Below, piece by piece: positions 1-11,807 of a stretch of 64,000 bases of DNA (the first letter of the stretch is position 1; every line of letters starts with the position of its first letter). Source of the stretch: Lama guanicoe (taxonomy: Eukaryota); assembly GCA_013239625.1 (NCBI GenBank), contig MU053379.1, positions 2,896,866 to 2,960,865 on the forward strand, written 5' to 3'. The translations under genes were made by a program, and so were the position numbers. The notes beneath the pieces were generated by a model that made no database searches, was not told where the DNA came from, and saw nothing but the letters and a program-made list of their open reading frames with translations.

Positions 1-225
1 TTTTTGAGACACTTGAAAATGCACCTGTACTTGTAAGAAATAATACAGAGTGATCCGGAATATCCTTCACGCAAGCGGTAACATCTTGGATGGTGACAGT
101 ACAGTATCACAATCATCACTGAGACAACGCATCAGGATTCAGAGTTCACTAGTCTTACATACACTCATTTGTGTGTGTGTGTGTGTGTGTGTGTGATTCT
201 ACGCAGCTTTATCACACGTAAAGAA
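1..225 (-). mobile_element. Old L1 3' UTR fragment (L1MC-like) containing a (TG)n tract
   Basis: 'tgtaagaaataatacagag...ggtaacatcttg...tacagtatcacaa' resembles recalled L1MC 3' end consensus. Confidence 0.6.
169..196. repeat. (TG)n microsatellite
   Basis: Directly visible. Confidence 0.95.
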
Positions 226-840
226 GACACACCCGCATCTTGACTCATCTTCCAAGGCCTAGGGAGGGGCTCTTGTCATCCAGGGAGAAGGGTGGTGGAG
301 GGGGACACGCGCAGCCTCCCAAGTCCTGACAACACCCACACACTCTCCGGCGGGCCCTCTGCTCTGAGATCAAGTCTCACGCTGTGGCTCGCAAACTCCC
401 CTCTTTCTTCGTGAAGCCCTCCTAGTCTGGAACACTCTACCAGTGCCTTGCAAAGTCTGCCCATCCTTCCAGGTCTGGCTTAAGTCCTCCGTGGAAGCCC
501 CCAAGGTGCTCCAGGGCCACATGTGAGTCCCTCTGCCTTAATCCTGTCTCTCCCATGAGATGAAAGCTCCTTGGGGACAGAAAATGAACTGGTTTTGTGG
601 GTTCTCTGGGTCTGAGACATGCAGGTCCTCAATAATACAAAATTTAACCAGGATGGGACAAGAAGGGGGAGGAGAACAAAAAAGGACAAGAAACAAAGAA
701 GGAAGAATTTGCTATCACAGAAACCTCTAGAAACCCGGATTTCAGCACTAGATTTTTAAAAAATAACACAGCAAGTGTGAACACAAGGCTGCCACCTTCC
801 CTTTCTTGCTCATGGTAATGAATATTCTGGAGACTCTTAC

Positions 841-1024
841 CCTCTTCAACAGTAAGCAGGTTGCCCAGCTCTGCTGATGAAGGATACTGAACCGGCTCAG
901 AATTCTTCACGTTGGCCAGGGGCAGGAAGGGGTCGTAGTCCGTGGATGACAGGTCAGCCAGCGTCAGGGTTTTGTGGCTCTGTTGGGTGTATGTGCTCGA
1001 GCCACAAACGCAGCAGTGCAAAAC
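841..1024 (-). CDS. RALGAPA2: RALGAPA2 coding exon (last in window, 184 nt, phase 0-1): [61 protein letters not shown]
   Basis: tggcag|GTT acceptor and GAGG|gtaaga donor. Contains the DYDPFLPL motif. Lies within ORF 644..1105. Confidence 0.96.
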
Positions 1025-1310
1025 CTGCCAAAAACAGAAGGGAAGGTGCGTTGCGGGTGCCGCCAACCTCCTGTCTCCTGACGATCTGTCCAACCACAAT
1101 GGCACTTAGGTAGGCCTCCGGCCTGGTAATTCCTGAAAACATGGAATCCTTCCCCTCTAGAACGCCTTCCTGCTATTAGCAAGTGTATCTTGCTCCTTTC
1201 ACGTCAATGTCAGTAAGTAAAAGGAAAGGAAACGTCAACAAGAGCTTATTTCCCTATTCTGTGCAGTCAGTCCTGCTCTGGTCCACAGAGGCAGCACGAG
1301 GGCAGGGAGC

Positions 1311-1532
1311 CCAACCAGGAGATGCGGACCAGCCGGGGGATGAGGACCAGCCAGGGGATGAGGACCAGCCAGGGGAATGAGGACCCAGCCGGGGAATGAG
1401 GACCAGCCAGGCGAATGAGGACCCGGCCCGGGGATGAGGACCAGCCAGGGGAATGAGGACCCAGCCGGGGGATGAGGACCAGCCAGGGGAATGAGGACCC
1501 AGCCGGGGGATGAGAACCGGCCGGGGGATGAG
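1311..1532. repeat. GC-rich minisatellite, about 12 units of 18-20 bp (CCAGCCRGGGGA(A)TGAGGA(C))
   Basis: Directly visible tandem units. They account for the repetitive ORFs 1183..1380 and 1254..1577. Confidence 0.95.
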
Positions 1533-2204
1533 CTGCAGATAACCCACCACCCAGGCTGGAAGGCAGAGAGGGAGCAATTAGCAGAGACCCTTAGCCTAGC
1601 TGATAAATGTTAATGAATCTGAATTTGTGTAACTCACAACCCCATGACTTGGAAGAGCTAATACAATTTTTAAAAGTATAATTAATGCAATAAATTTAAT
1701 ACAAATTAGTTTCCTGAAAGCTCACTGCGTGTTAACCAATTACCGTTGACTGAAGGCCTGTAAGCCAGGCACACAAACCATCTTGAGTATGCCAAAGCGT
1801 ATAAATGAGCTAATAACTGTACTAAAGTTTACTTTTTTAAATCGTAAATTCAAGATCATTAATTCAAAAACCTGATTTTTATGAAGACGAGGATAGCACT
1901 TTAGAAACTAAGGAAAGATCACTTTTGGGGACCTGCTCTGATCTGCCCCAGGCAGGACGCCGTGGGGTCAGGCTGGGCGTCTCCCGAGTTAGTTCCCTCT
2001 ACCTGTGTGGCCTCGTGGGGACTGGAGGAGGATGGAGGCACATGTGGCCTTTGGACACGGCTGAAAAGTACTGCAGTCAGCAGGGGACAGTCACCTGGAC
2101 ACCTCTTCCCAAGAAAAAAGCTGTCTAGGAAACTTAGGGTAGCTTTCTTATTAATATAAAATTTGTTTTCCAGTCTTCAAGAGAATTAATTTCTTTAGTT
2201 AAAT

Positions 2205-2680
2205 GCCATAAATATAAGAAATACAAATTCAAACCACAATGCAATACCACTGAATTCCTGCCAGACGCGAACAGTCAGCAAGAATGTGGAGCGGCCGCAG
2301 TTCGCAGACACCGCTGGTGACAGTGGACATCTGCACGCCACTCTGGAAGAGCACCAGGCGCCCGCTACTGCAGCAGAACACGCGGATTCCAGAACTCCAC
2401 TCCCAGGTGCACGCCCGGCAGAAACGCATACACGTGTGAACCAAAGGACTGTGACTCCCAGGGGACGGTATGAGTCCACACGGTAGCCACAGCCCTGACA
2501 GCGGTCACTGGGGTGCGTGCGGAGCAGACACAGTGGGGCTCCTGGGGTCTGGGGATGCTCTGTTTCTAGACCGGGACCTGGTTTGGTGGGTGTGCTCATG
2601 TTGTGAAAACCCACCAAGCTCTCACTTATGACTGACGGGTGCACTTTCCTGGGTGCAGATTACACTTCAACAAAAAAAGG
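2205..2680 (+). mobile_element. Degenerate L1 (L1ME-like) ORF2 end and 3' UTR
   Basis: 'aaaccacaatgcaataccac', 'actccactcccaggt', 'tgctctgtttctaga', 'ttacacttcaacaaaaaaa' resemble L1M 3' end motifs. Confidence 0.7.
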
Positions 2681-3145
2681 TTTCCTTTAAAAATACAATA
2701 AAGAATTATTCAATAAATTTATGTATCATGTTAACTATAAAGTACTTGTTATATTGGTAAAGCAATTTTAACAGAAATGTTTTAAGAAAAGAGAGGCTAG
2801 AAAAGAGAAGAATTTAAATGACTGTGGCTACTTCAGCTGGTCAAGCCATCTAGGCTTCTAACACACCAGGATGACAGAAGAATGGCTCATCTGAACACAG
2901 CTACTACAATATTTGACAACTGAAGAAACCATTTAACAATACGTAATACTTTTTGGTAGAATTTCAACCATGACTAAGTGAGTTTGTTTTTTTTTTTTTA
3001 ATTCACTTTAAAGTGAGGCAACAAAGTGATCAACTAATGACTTGGAAATCTTTTTAAAAAACTATTGTTAAAGGTTTCTTACTACAAAAATAAGCAACAG
3101 GATTGTCCCTACTTAATAGTAATTATTCAAACAACACACAGATAA

Positions 3146-3191
3146 TAGACAGGCAGACAGACAGGTAGATAGACAGATGGACAGACAGACA
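3146..3191. repeat. Degenerate (AGAC/AGAT)n tetranucleotide repeat
   Basis: Directly visible. Confidence 0.8.
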
Positions 3192-3764
3192 AAGGCTTTC
3201 ACAGGACGGGCTGTGAGGCCTGTAAGGAAGGCTGGTATAAAGGGTCCAGAGCAAGCGCCACAGCCGGTCAGCAGGCGGCGGTGAAATTCGAGTGTTTTAA
3301 GTGCTGTGAGATCGATGAGGCTGATTGCTTTGATGTGATATACTGTCTTTCCTTAATTTATACCCTAAGATTTTTTAAAACAGATTAGAGGGACCATTGT
3401 ACGTTTTCTTCCTTTGATTTTGTCAAATGAAGGCTATGGCTATTCCTACGATATAAACGGTTCCTTTCAAAATAAAGCAGGTACCGACCAGGCTCCACGC
3501 ACAAGGGGCCCTGAGCGCAGTGCAGCCGGGTCCAGACGGCAGTCAGAGGAACGCGAGCCTCGCGCGCCGGGGAGGTGCGGCCACTCTATGACCACAGCTG
3601 CTCCGTTTTCACTCCAGAAGTCATTCCTTTCCTTTAAAATGTTTACCCCCAAAAATCCTTGCCGAAAAGGCAAAGATAAGTAAATAAATGCAGAAAACAC
3701 GGTCCGATGATTGTGGGATGTGTAGGTGCGCAGTCGGCGCCCCCGGGGCACAGGGGAGACTCAC

Positions 3765-3899
3765 CCTGTAGACGTAGTCCAGCAGGGGGGCTCGGGGCGA
3801 GGGCTGCTCCAGGGCCGCCGTGCACACCGGGTGGAGGAGGGCGCTCAGGGGCAAGGCCATGCACCAGTCCAGGAGGCAGAGCAGCAGGGACACGATGAG
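3765..3899 (-). CDS. RALGAPA2: RALGAPA2 coding exon (135 nt, phase 0-0): [45 protein letters not shown]
   Basis: ctccag|CTC acceptor and AGG|gtgagt donor. Contains the [14 protein letters not shown] motif. Confidence 0.96.
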
Positions 3900-4214
3900 C
3901 TGGAGAGGAGGCAGACCCTGCGCCTTACTCTGCAGCCTCTGCAACCCCCCACGTGTTCCCTACCAAGGACCACAGCACTGCCCCACGTGCCAGCAACGCC
4001 CAGGACATACGCGTGCGGAAGGACTGAGCTTGAATTATCTAGGATAAATTGTTTACCATTTATTCTTATTTACAATGAGCAAGGGCTTCACAGGGAGGCC
4101 GTGAGGCCCAACACAGAGGGCACGACAAAGGCCGCCCCTCTGTGGGGTATGGTCTACCGCTGTGTCTCATATTTCCCCCAACTCCAGGGGAACCTCAGCT
4201 CGTGGGCTGCTTAC

Positions 4215-4283
4215 CTTCTTATCGGCTTCCACTGAGGAGTGCTCTGCACTGGGCAACAGAAAAGCAATTGTGGCCACAAGGAT
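4215..4283 (-). CDS. RALGAPA2: RALGAPA2 coding exon (69 nt, phase 0-0): ILVATIAFLLPSAEHSSVEADKK
   Basis: gcacag|ATC acceptor and AAG|gtaagc donor. Confidence 0.95.
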
Positions 4284-5544
4284 CTGTGCCAAAGACAAAT
4301 ACCCAGTCAAACAGACCGTAGTGAGGATTTTGGGAGCCATGTATGCAATCGGAGTCCCGGGATGGCCCTGCCACTGAGCCCAGCCTGGTGCCAACTCCTA
4401 GAGGAAGCTGACAAAAAGCCAAGAGTCATTTTAGAGGTGTGTGTGCTCCTGAAAACCAGCAGAAGGCAATGGGGCCAGGCTGGTGGCAAAATCAGGGGCA
4501 TCAGAGAAAGAAGTATGTCTCTCTGGACTCACACAATTTCCATCATCGGTCTCCAGGCTTTTCACAATGAAAGCAAAAAACACTTCCAAAAATAATTAAG
4601 AAAATGCTCCCGTTTGATAATTTTCTTGTAAATTACTCTGGGTCCCTGTCCGCCTATGGTCCCGGGGGAACAGCACCCTCTTCATTCCTACAGGTGTTTC
4701 CATGTAGGTGATAAATTATACAGCTGCCCTAAAAACCCGACTTGACTTTCTGCAGCATCTTATACTCCTATTGTCCGAAGCTCTACCTCAGTCTAGGTCC
4801 CTCAAGGTCGAAAATCACTCGTGATTTCTGACGGCTCTCCGAGAGAACAAAGTGACCTCACCGGTGAAATTTATCTAGGGCCGAGAGAAAAATCAATATC
4901 ACATCTTCTCTCTCCCTGAGATACCACGTCTGGATGTGTACACAGCAGGGCGTGTTTAAAGAAGCGCAGCTACAGAAGCCGGCGGGGATGCGTGCGCCTC
5001 ACCACTAGGGTCCTGCTTCTGCACCAGCCGGCGCCCCCCGACAGCCCTGACCTCGGGGGCACGCTCGCTGAGAAGACCCTTCCCGTTCCCTCTCTTCCAC
5101 CAACTACCCCACAGAGGGGTGCGAGTCGCAATTTCGTTACAGCTGGGTAATCACGCTGCGGCAGAGCAGGGCCCTGTTTTACACAGCAGCCCCTCCCCGC
5201 CCCCCGCACACAGGGCATCGCAACCAGCTGCCTGCTCCTCGTTGGCACCATCCAAATTACTCGGGATGAATGAGGCCCAGTCTACAAAAGGCCTCTTTGT
5301 TGCGGTCGTGTCTGCCTTTCCAACCCCGCCACTGTAAGACTGCCCTGGAACACTGGTGGCTTCTTATGCAGGGCCTGGAATCACAGCTGAGAAGAACCAG
5401 GGCAATTTAATCTTAAAATGGGTGACTCGCGTGGCAATTTAACAGTCGGCCCTCTAACAATTGTTTGAGTATCCATAGTTAATTAAGTATCAAATATAAT
5501 CAGAGGAAACGCTTGTGTTCTAGCATTACAGGAGGAAGACTTAC

Positions 5545-5655
5545 TTCTGCAATTTTCCGAGGCAGAGAGGTTTCAAAGACCTGAAGCTTTTCCCAGTAGG
5601 AAACCAGCAGCTGAAGGACGTCACAGGCTACCTGGGCCACGATTTTGTTAGGAAA
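5545..5655 (-). CDS. RALGAPA2: RALGAPA2 coding exon (111 nt, phase 0-0): [37 protein letters not shown]
   Basis: tcacag|TTT acceptor and GAA|gtaagt donor. Lies within ORF 5500..5685. Confidence 0.96.
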
Positions 5656-6404
5656 CTGTGAAAACAGACAAACAAAAAACCACACATCCCCAAGCTAAAC
5701 AACCTCACTTAGCACGGACGCTATTCCCAAAGAAGAACAAAGTAGTTCTTTCCCTCCAGCACTGTTTAGGGATGCATATCCTGGTTCTGCATTAAATGTA
5801 AGAAAAGTGCATCCTGTTCCCAGACGGTCTGTGCATGATCCCCGTTCTGCAACTGCCTCTGTCTGGACTGGACTGGACTGTGTTAATGTCCATAACGTTC
5901 TACAGAAACACGTCACCATCGTGCAGTCACCTGGAAAGTAAAGCCACAACTTCAAGTACCTTATTCAGATCACATAAATGACAGTTCTGGCAACGGGGGG
6001 AAAATAAAACATAGTACATTGTTGAGCATCTCCTGGGTGCCAGACCTTTTCCAAGAACTGACTCATTTTCGCATTGATAATTCTGCACTGACAGCTCTGA
6101 AGGTACACATTCCCTTCATTTTACACGTAAAGAAATGAGAATGGACCCAAAGACTTTCTATACTATGACATTAAACTTAACATACAACTGTAACATTCTA
6201 AGAAATGCTAGAGACGTGGCACTATGGGAACAGAATTCAAAGTTACGTAGATTCAATAACTGAGTATGTTTTCTGGGTCTGGCGTGAGTCCAGGGTCCTC
6301 CTCCATTTCTTGTGAGACAGCATGTCAAGGGGACGGTCCCTGGAAGGACTGCTGGCTGGGGATGTGTGAAAGGGATGACGATATCCTGACCATGGTGGGC
6401 CTCT

Positions 6405-6745
6405 GCCCATTCCTCAAACACTCTGCCTTATTCCTGCCTCAGGGCCTTTGCACCTGCTCCTTGCTCCACCTGGGACACTCACTCCCCAGGTCTGTATTTG
6501 GTTGGTGCTGCCACATCTTTTAGATGATGGCACCAGATGTCCTCTCCCCCGTGAGGCCACCATGCCTGTCCAAAGGTGTGGGGCCCACCCCCTGCAGCCC
6601 TTCGGTTTCATCCCACTGCCCTGTGGAGTTTCTGTATTGCACTGAGGGCTATCAGAGCTGAATGTCCCTGCTTGTCTGCTTGTTCTTTTGTGTTTGTTTC
6701 CCCACATCTTGTTCACCATCATATTCCTAGTGCCTGGCCCACCCC
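6405..6745 (+). mobile_element. L2 LINE 3' fragment
   Basis: 'ttcctgcctcagggcctttgcacctgct...cctgg' is the hallmark of L2a 3' ends. Confidence 0.7.
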
Positions 6746-8711
6746 TGAGGGGGTCTGAGGGGAAGATGGAACACGAAGGGAGAGGAGGAATGGGAGTGGG
6801 CACTGGGTGTGTTTCTGCTGCATCCCAGCAGTCAAGTCATGGGGCTGAAACAAGGCTGGCATGGCTCTTCCTGCTGAGCTGGAGACAGACAAGGTGACCG
6901 TGGTGACATGAAGGGAGTGGCAGACAAGAAAGACAAGAGGGCTGTGGACAGAGAAGGATGAGGCTGGAGAGTTGGGGACAGACAGCAGAGAGATGGCCCC
7001 GCAGAGCAGGGAGGGTGGGCTGAGCCTAGGGGAATGCAGGGGCGGACAGCACCCTTCCAGGCAGCGGGCCGGGCACAGGCACAGAGGCAGGCAAGGTCGC
7101 TGTGTGTTACTGACACATGGAGCATTTCGGGGCACATGGGGAGGAAATCACCCACTCACTGGCTCACCTAGCGCAGGTTCACGGAGTCCCCACCACATGC
7201 CAGCACTGGACTGAAAGCACAGGGGACAAGGCGTACGGGGCGAGGCAGTCCCTGCTCTGAAGGAGCTGACAGCTCAGGGCAGTAGGCAGGTCCACGCTGA
7301 ATGCACTGGTCCGTGAGGCATGGGGTTAGGCCTATCTGTGGATGGACCCCTCTGGCAGCCACATGGACCAGAACTGAGGGTCCAGACTAGGGGCCGGCTG
7401 TGTAAGGATGGCCCTGGGGCAGCAGGTGGGAATGAGGAAGGCTGTTCAGGACTCTGAGGCCAGGACGGGCGGTGGGGAAAGGAGGGGAGACGGTCATGAT
7501 GGCCCCTCAGATGGGCTGGGAGAAGGAGCGGCTGGTGGGCTGAGGGCCGGGGCTCAGGTCAGGCCCCTCTCAGTCGGGGTGCCTGGGAGGCAGGGTCAGG
7601 AAGCCTCCAGAGCCTGAGCTGACATTTCCACCCCAGTGCCGTCAGCCCACGTCCTGGGCAGAAGGCCGGAGTCTAAGTATGGCTCCAGCCGAGAACAAAG
7701 CACCCCCTCCCCACCACCCACATGCTGTCCCACCAGAAACAAAATCTCCGGTGGCTGGGCAGTACCTGTTCCCTCACTCCTGCGGCCACAGGCTGGTTTT
7801 TATCCACAGCCCCGGGGAGCATCTCCCTAGACTGCTGCCCGCGCCCTTCCCACACTGAGGGCACAGTCACGGCCAGGTCAGCCTTGCCAAGTGCTCCTGG
7901 AGGCGCGGCCACAGCAGAGCAGTGCCCAGAGCGGGGCGGGGCCCACAAGGCAGGGAGCCCCACCCCCGGGCCTCCAGCTCCTGCCGCCCCAAGGCCGGCC
8001 TGGGCCTCCCGCTCCTCTCCCTGCGCTCTCTTACGCTTAACGGGAGACCGATGTGACTGATCCCGGTCCCCTGACTTCTCAGCAGCTCAGGCTGTGGCAG
8101 GTTCCTGGGCCTTCCGCTTAGTCGCCCTCTCTGTTATTTCTAGAACGGGCAGAGCGGAGGCGTCTACGGGGGGAGGAATTCGACGGGATGGTCCAGGCCC
8201 AGTGCTGGGACCCCCAACAGAGCAGGGGCTCAAAGCATGGCAGGTACATTCTGTTCTGGGTTTTTTTTTGCATAATTACAGAAAAATTAAAGCAGTTTTT
8301 GAAAATTTATAGGAATACTAAGACAGATCTGGCCCAGCGGGAGGCGAGTGCCCAGCAGGTGGCAGCTCTTCTTACCGACAAAGCGAAGGGGGAAGGACCC
8401 CCTCCAAGTGCCCGGGGCCCAGCGGACATGCGCTGGGGCGGCCACCCAGGAGCTATCCCATCTCTCTCAGTCCTGCTGAACAGGCAAGGGCATGACATCC
8501 CACCTCCTGGTCACTCCGGCCAGCAGCGGACAGGCGTCCTGCTGACCACAGGAGCTGCCAGCCACCAGAGGAACCCCACTTTGCCCCTGGGCTTGGTCCA
8601 TGGAGCTCAGGCTGTGGGCGGCCAGGCTGCAGCTGCCAGTGGGGAAGCAGCCATTGGAGGCCCCTCCCGGGACCCTCACAGGACGGTCAAGGTGGCTCTC
8701 AGAAAACAATT

Positions 8712-8825
8712 CTTGTTTGTTTAAAAAAGAAAGTCCTATTTATTTATTTTGATAGAGGTACCGGGGATAGAACCAGGACCTCATGCATGCTAAGCACACG
8801 CCGTACCAGTGAGCTATACCCTCCT
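8712..8825 (-). mobile_element. tRNA-Ala-derived camelid SINE (Vic-1 type)
   Basis: Reverse complement GGAGGGTATAGCTCA.TGGTA..GCGTGTGCTTAGCATGCATGAGGTCCTGGTTC.ATCCCCGG, with A- and B-box remnants and an A-rich tail. Confidence 0.85.
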
Positions 8826-8959
8826 GCCCAGAAAAATAATTTTGACTCGAAATCTCTCTGTAACGTAAGGGAAAACAGAGATCAGGCTAATTTGAACTAA
8901 AACGGTTGGACAGCTGGGATGCAGCTTAGCATCCAACGTGCAGGGTGAACTGGCAGTAC

Positions 8960-9068
8960 CTTCAAAGTGACACCAATGACGTTGACAGCCTCCTTCAGCT
9001 GAGGGTGGCCTGTGCGCTCCGCGAGCTCCTCACATATCCAGACCCCCAGGGAGCAGATGGCGATGCAT
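8960..9068 (-). CDS. RALGAPA2: RALGAPA2 coding exon (109 nt, phase 2-0): (R)[36 protein letters not shown]
   Basis: ttcgaaag|A acceptor and AAG|gtactg donor. Conserved RCIA.CSLG.WICEEL motif. Confidence 0.95.
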
Positions 9069-11748
9069 CTTTCGAAAAAGAAGAAAATCTCTCAGGAAAT
9101 GTAATGCATTTTCTTAGTATTGTCAAATGACAAAATATTTCACATCTTGTTTACAAAGTCGCAAAAATTACAGATACGTTAACAAAATGTCTTCTTGAGA
9201 AAAAGATAAGGTACCCTCAACAGACCAGTTTTCAGGACAAATAGAAATATTGGTAGTGGTTAGTAATTAAATATTTAATGAAATAGATGGTATGTATTGT
9301 CATAGCACACATACCACTTATTTTTGCTGAAATTAATTTTTTTTCATTGTATTGCTTCAAGATAATTTTGAGGGAGAATCAGAAATACGAATCTTGGAAA
9401 ATTGTTAGGAATTGAATTTGTAACTGGTCTCTTTATACAATAAAACACACAATGCCTATCACAAACAGTAGACACATCCTATATTTTAGAGTAAAGAATA
9501 TCTGAGTAATAACTTTTAAAATAAGTTTTAGTCTTATTTATTTTAAGCAACGTGTTGAGACAAAATATTCTTTGTAAGTTGCACAGCCCTTTAAAAATTA
9601 CCTTTCTCAATTACAGATCAATTTTAAATGTTAATTCTCTTTGGAACTGACGTATTCCACTACCTTCTGCAATGATCAAAAAGTCATATTCTTCTGAATT
9701 TTTTCTGAATGCCCATATATAAAATTAAAATGCTTGCTCCCCAACCTGCTCACTTGCAGAACAAAAAGGGTCTTCAAACCACTACTTGGAACGAGACGTT
9801 CGCTGTAACGCGTATACACTGTTCTTCGGAGTAAGAGGTCACATCGCGTGCCCATCAAACCCGACATACTGCATGGCTCTCCACACCCACCGTCCCTTTG
9901 TGGCCAATATAATTCAGCAATTAAAATCAATCTTTCTTGAGGTTCTAGAACCACCACATTTCACTGGCTTCTCACCTCTTTAAATCAGAATGGACTGCGT
10001 GCTTCAGAACAAGTTAATTAAAAACCCTTGGCGACCACGACACCTTCTACCAAAATGCACCCGGTAAAGGGGTGTGACTCCGCCCCAAGAGGCGCCGGGC
10101 ACCTGCTGTTTCTCCAGCACCAGGGTCACGCAGGAGGAGCCCCACGCGACTCCAACCCTCGGCCTTCCCAGCTCCAGGCAGCTGTCTGCATCTCTCTCTT
10201 CTCTGGCCTAACTTCCGCTCTCGCTCTCAGTCTAGAAACCGCACTTTGCATCTTAGTTTGCGGTCATCCCCATGTACCCTGTGTTCTTTCAAAAAGCCTC
10301 TTTACTTTCCCCCAGCTTAACGCAGACTCTGGTTGTTCAACCCACTAAAATCTATATAACTTGGAATTATGCCCAGAATCCTATCTTTACGATTTTAAGA
10401 GTCGCTCTTCCTTTGTGTGCGCGCGTGTGTGTACATATGAGTGTGTGTTCTCGTATTTTTTACAATCCATTAACCTATTTGTTAAGTGTAATTTGTCAGG
10501 AGCAAAGATCTCTCATTTCTAGGAACACCTGCATTTCTCTGTCACTGTTAGCCTTGCACCATGGAGAGCACTGCGACCCGTAAAATGGTTTTATAACCTA
10601 ACCTGCTCTCACCTGCCTTGAGTCTTAAGCCACACTCGTGTACAACAGCTCTTCCCTGCAATTTTCTCTCTTTGAAATTCGTCATGTAACATTTCCATTT
10701 AGCGTCGTCCTATTCTGACACGTGCAGTCACCCCTCACGGCTAGGAGCTCCTGTCAGTCAGGGCTCTCTGTACCCCAAGGATGTCCTTTGTGATTGTGAC
10801 TGAGTTTTATCTAACAAGACTCTTTTTCAACCCAATGGCAATTAACACTGTTTGCTACTATGCTATCTCATAGCACTCCAATTTATGAAACAAAAACTTA
10901 CTATTTTGTCTTAACTTTAAAAAACTGTCATTCACAATCATAACTACACTTCGCTATATTCTCTCTCCGCTCTCCCCCATTTATTTGAAGCCGTGACCGT
11001 ATTTCAGTCTGCTTGCTTATCTGCCTTCATACGACTTAGTTTCACTGCCTAACTCCTCTTACACAGCTAAGACAGACGGACCACAGCATACACACTTCTA
11101 TTCCACTTCAACGCCACAAAATTTGGTTTTCTACTCTAAAGCAAAAGGGGAGGAAAGGGTACTGCCAAGACTCACTGAAAATTTTAATATAGTGAGTGTG
11201 GGTAAAGGAGGAATCAAAGATTTTCCCCAAGTTTCTGGACTGAAAATCTGGGAAGGCCCTGAGACGAAGTCAGGACAGTTAGGCTCCAGGGGCAGGTGCG
11301 GACTCACGGCTTCAGCTGCGCTTGTGTTAAGTCTGGGTGTGCTGATGCTGGCAGACGCAGCCAGAATGTTTGCAGACACTGTTGAACGTCTCCTGAGGTA
11401 CAAGACAATCCCAGTGGAGGACGGCTAACTCACGTATCCACTATTTCTGCAAGTTTTGGTTTATCCTCCCCGATTAAAAATACCAGGGAATAAGTGTATG
11501 TATTTATAACCTTGCTTTTTCTTACCCAAAAGGGAGCACACCATAGAGAGTCTTCTGCACCTTCGTCCCTTCACTTAACAATGGCACCTTTGAAAAAGTT
11601 AAGCAAAGCATTTTCCCGACATAGCCCTTACTGGACTTTCCAGTGTGCGTAAGAGTAATGTGGCGGAATAAATGGTTTTAACATTCACTGATTACGTATA
11701 AATGTGAATCTTAAAATTCTAAGCGTTCACCTGGCGTTCAGCACTTAC

Positions 11749-11807
11749 CTGGCACATTCATTTGGCTCCTCTGTGGCATTCTTCAGTAGGATACTTATGA
11801 GATAATG
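11749..11807 (-). CDS. RALGAPA2: RALGAPA2 coding exon (59 nt, phase 0-2): HYLISILLKNATEEPNECA(R)
   Basis: ttctag|CAT acceptor and GCCAG|gtaagt donor. Its phase-2 end matches the next exon. Confidence 0.93.

Noticed and set aside
1311..1532. Possible CRISPR-like array
   Set aside because: Head-to-tail tandem units with no unique spacers, in a mammalian intron.
1183..1577. ORFs with repeated GDEDQP / SSPGW peptides
   Set aside because: They are translations of the intronic minisatellite. Alternating 18/20-bp units break the frame.
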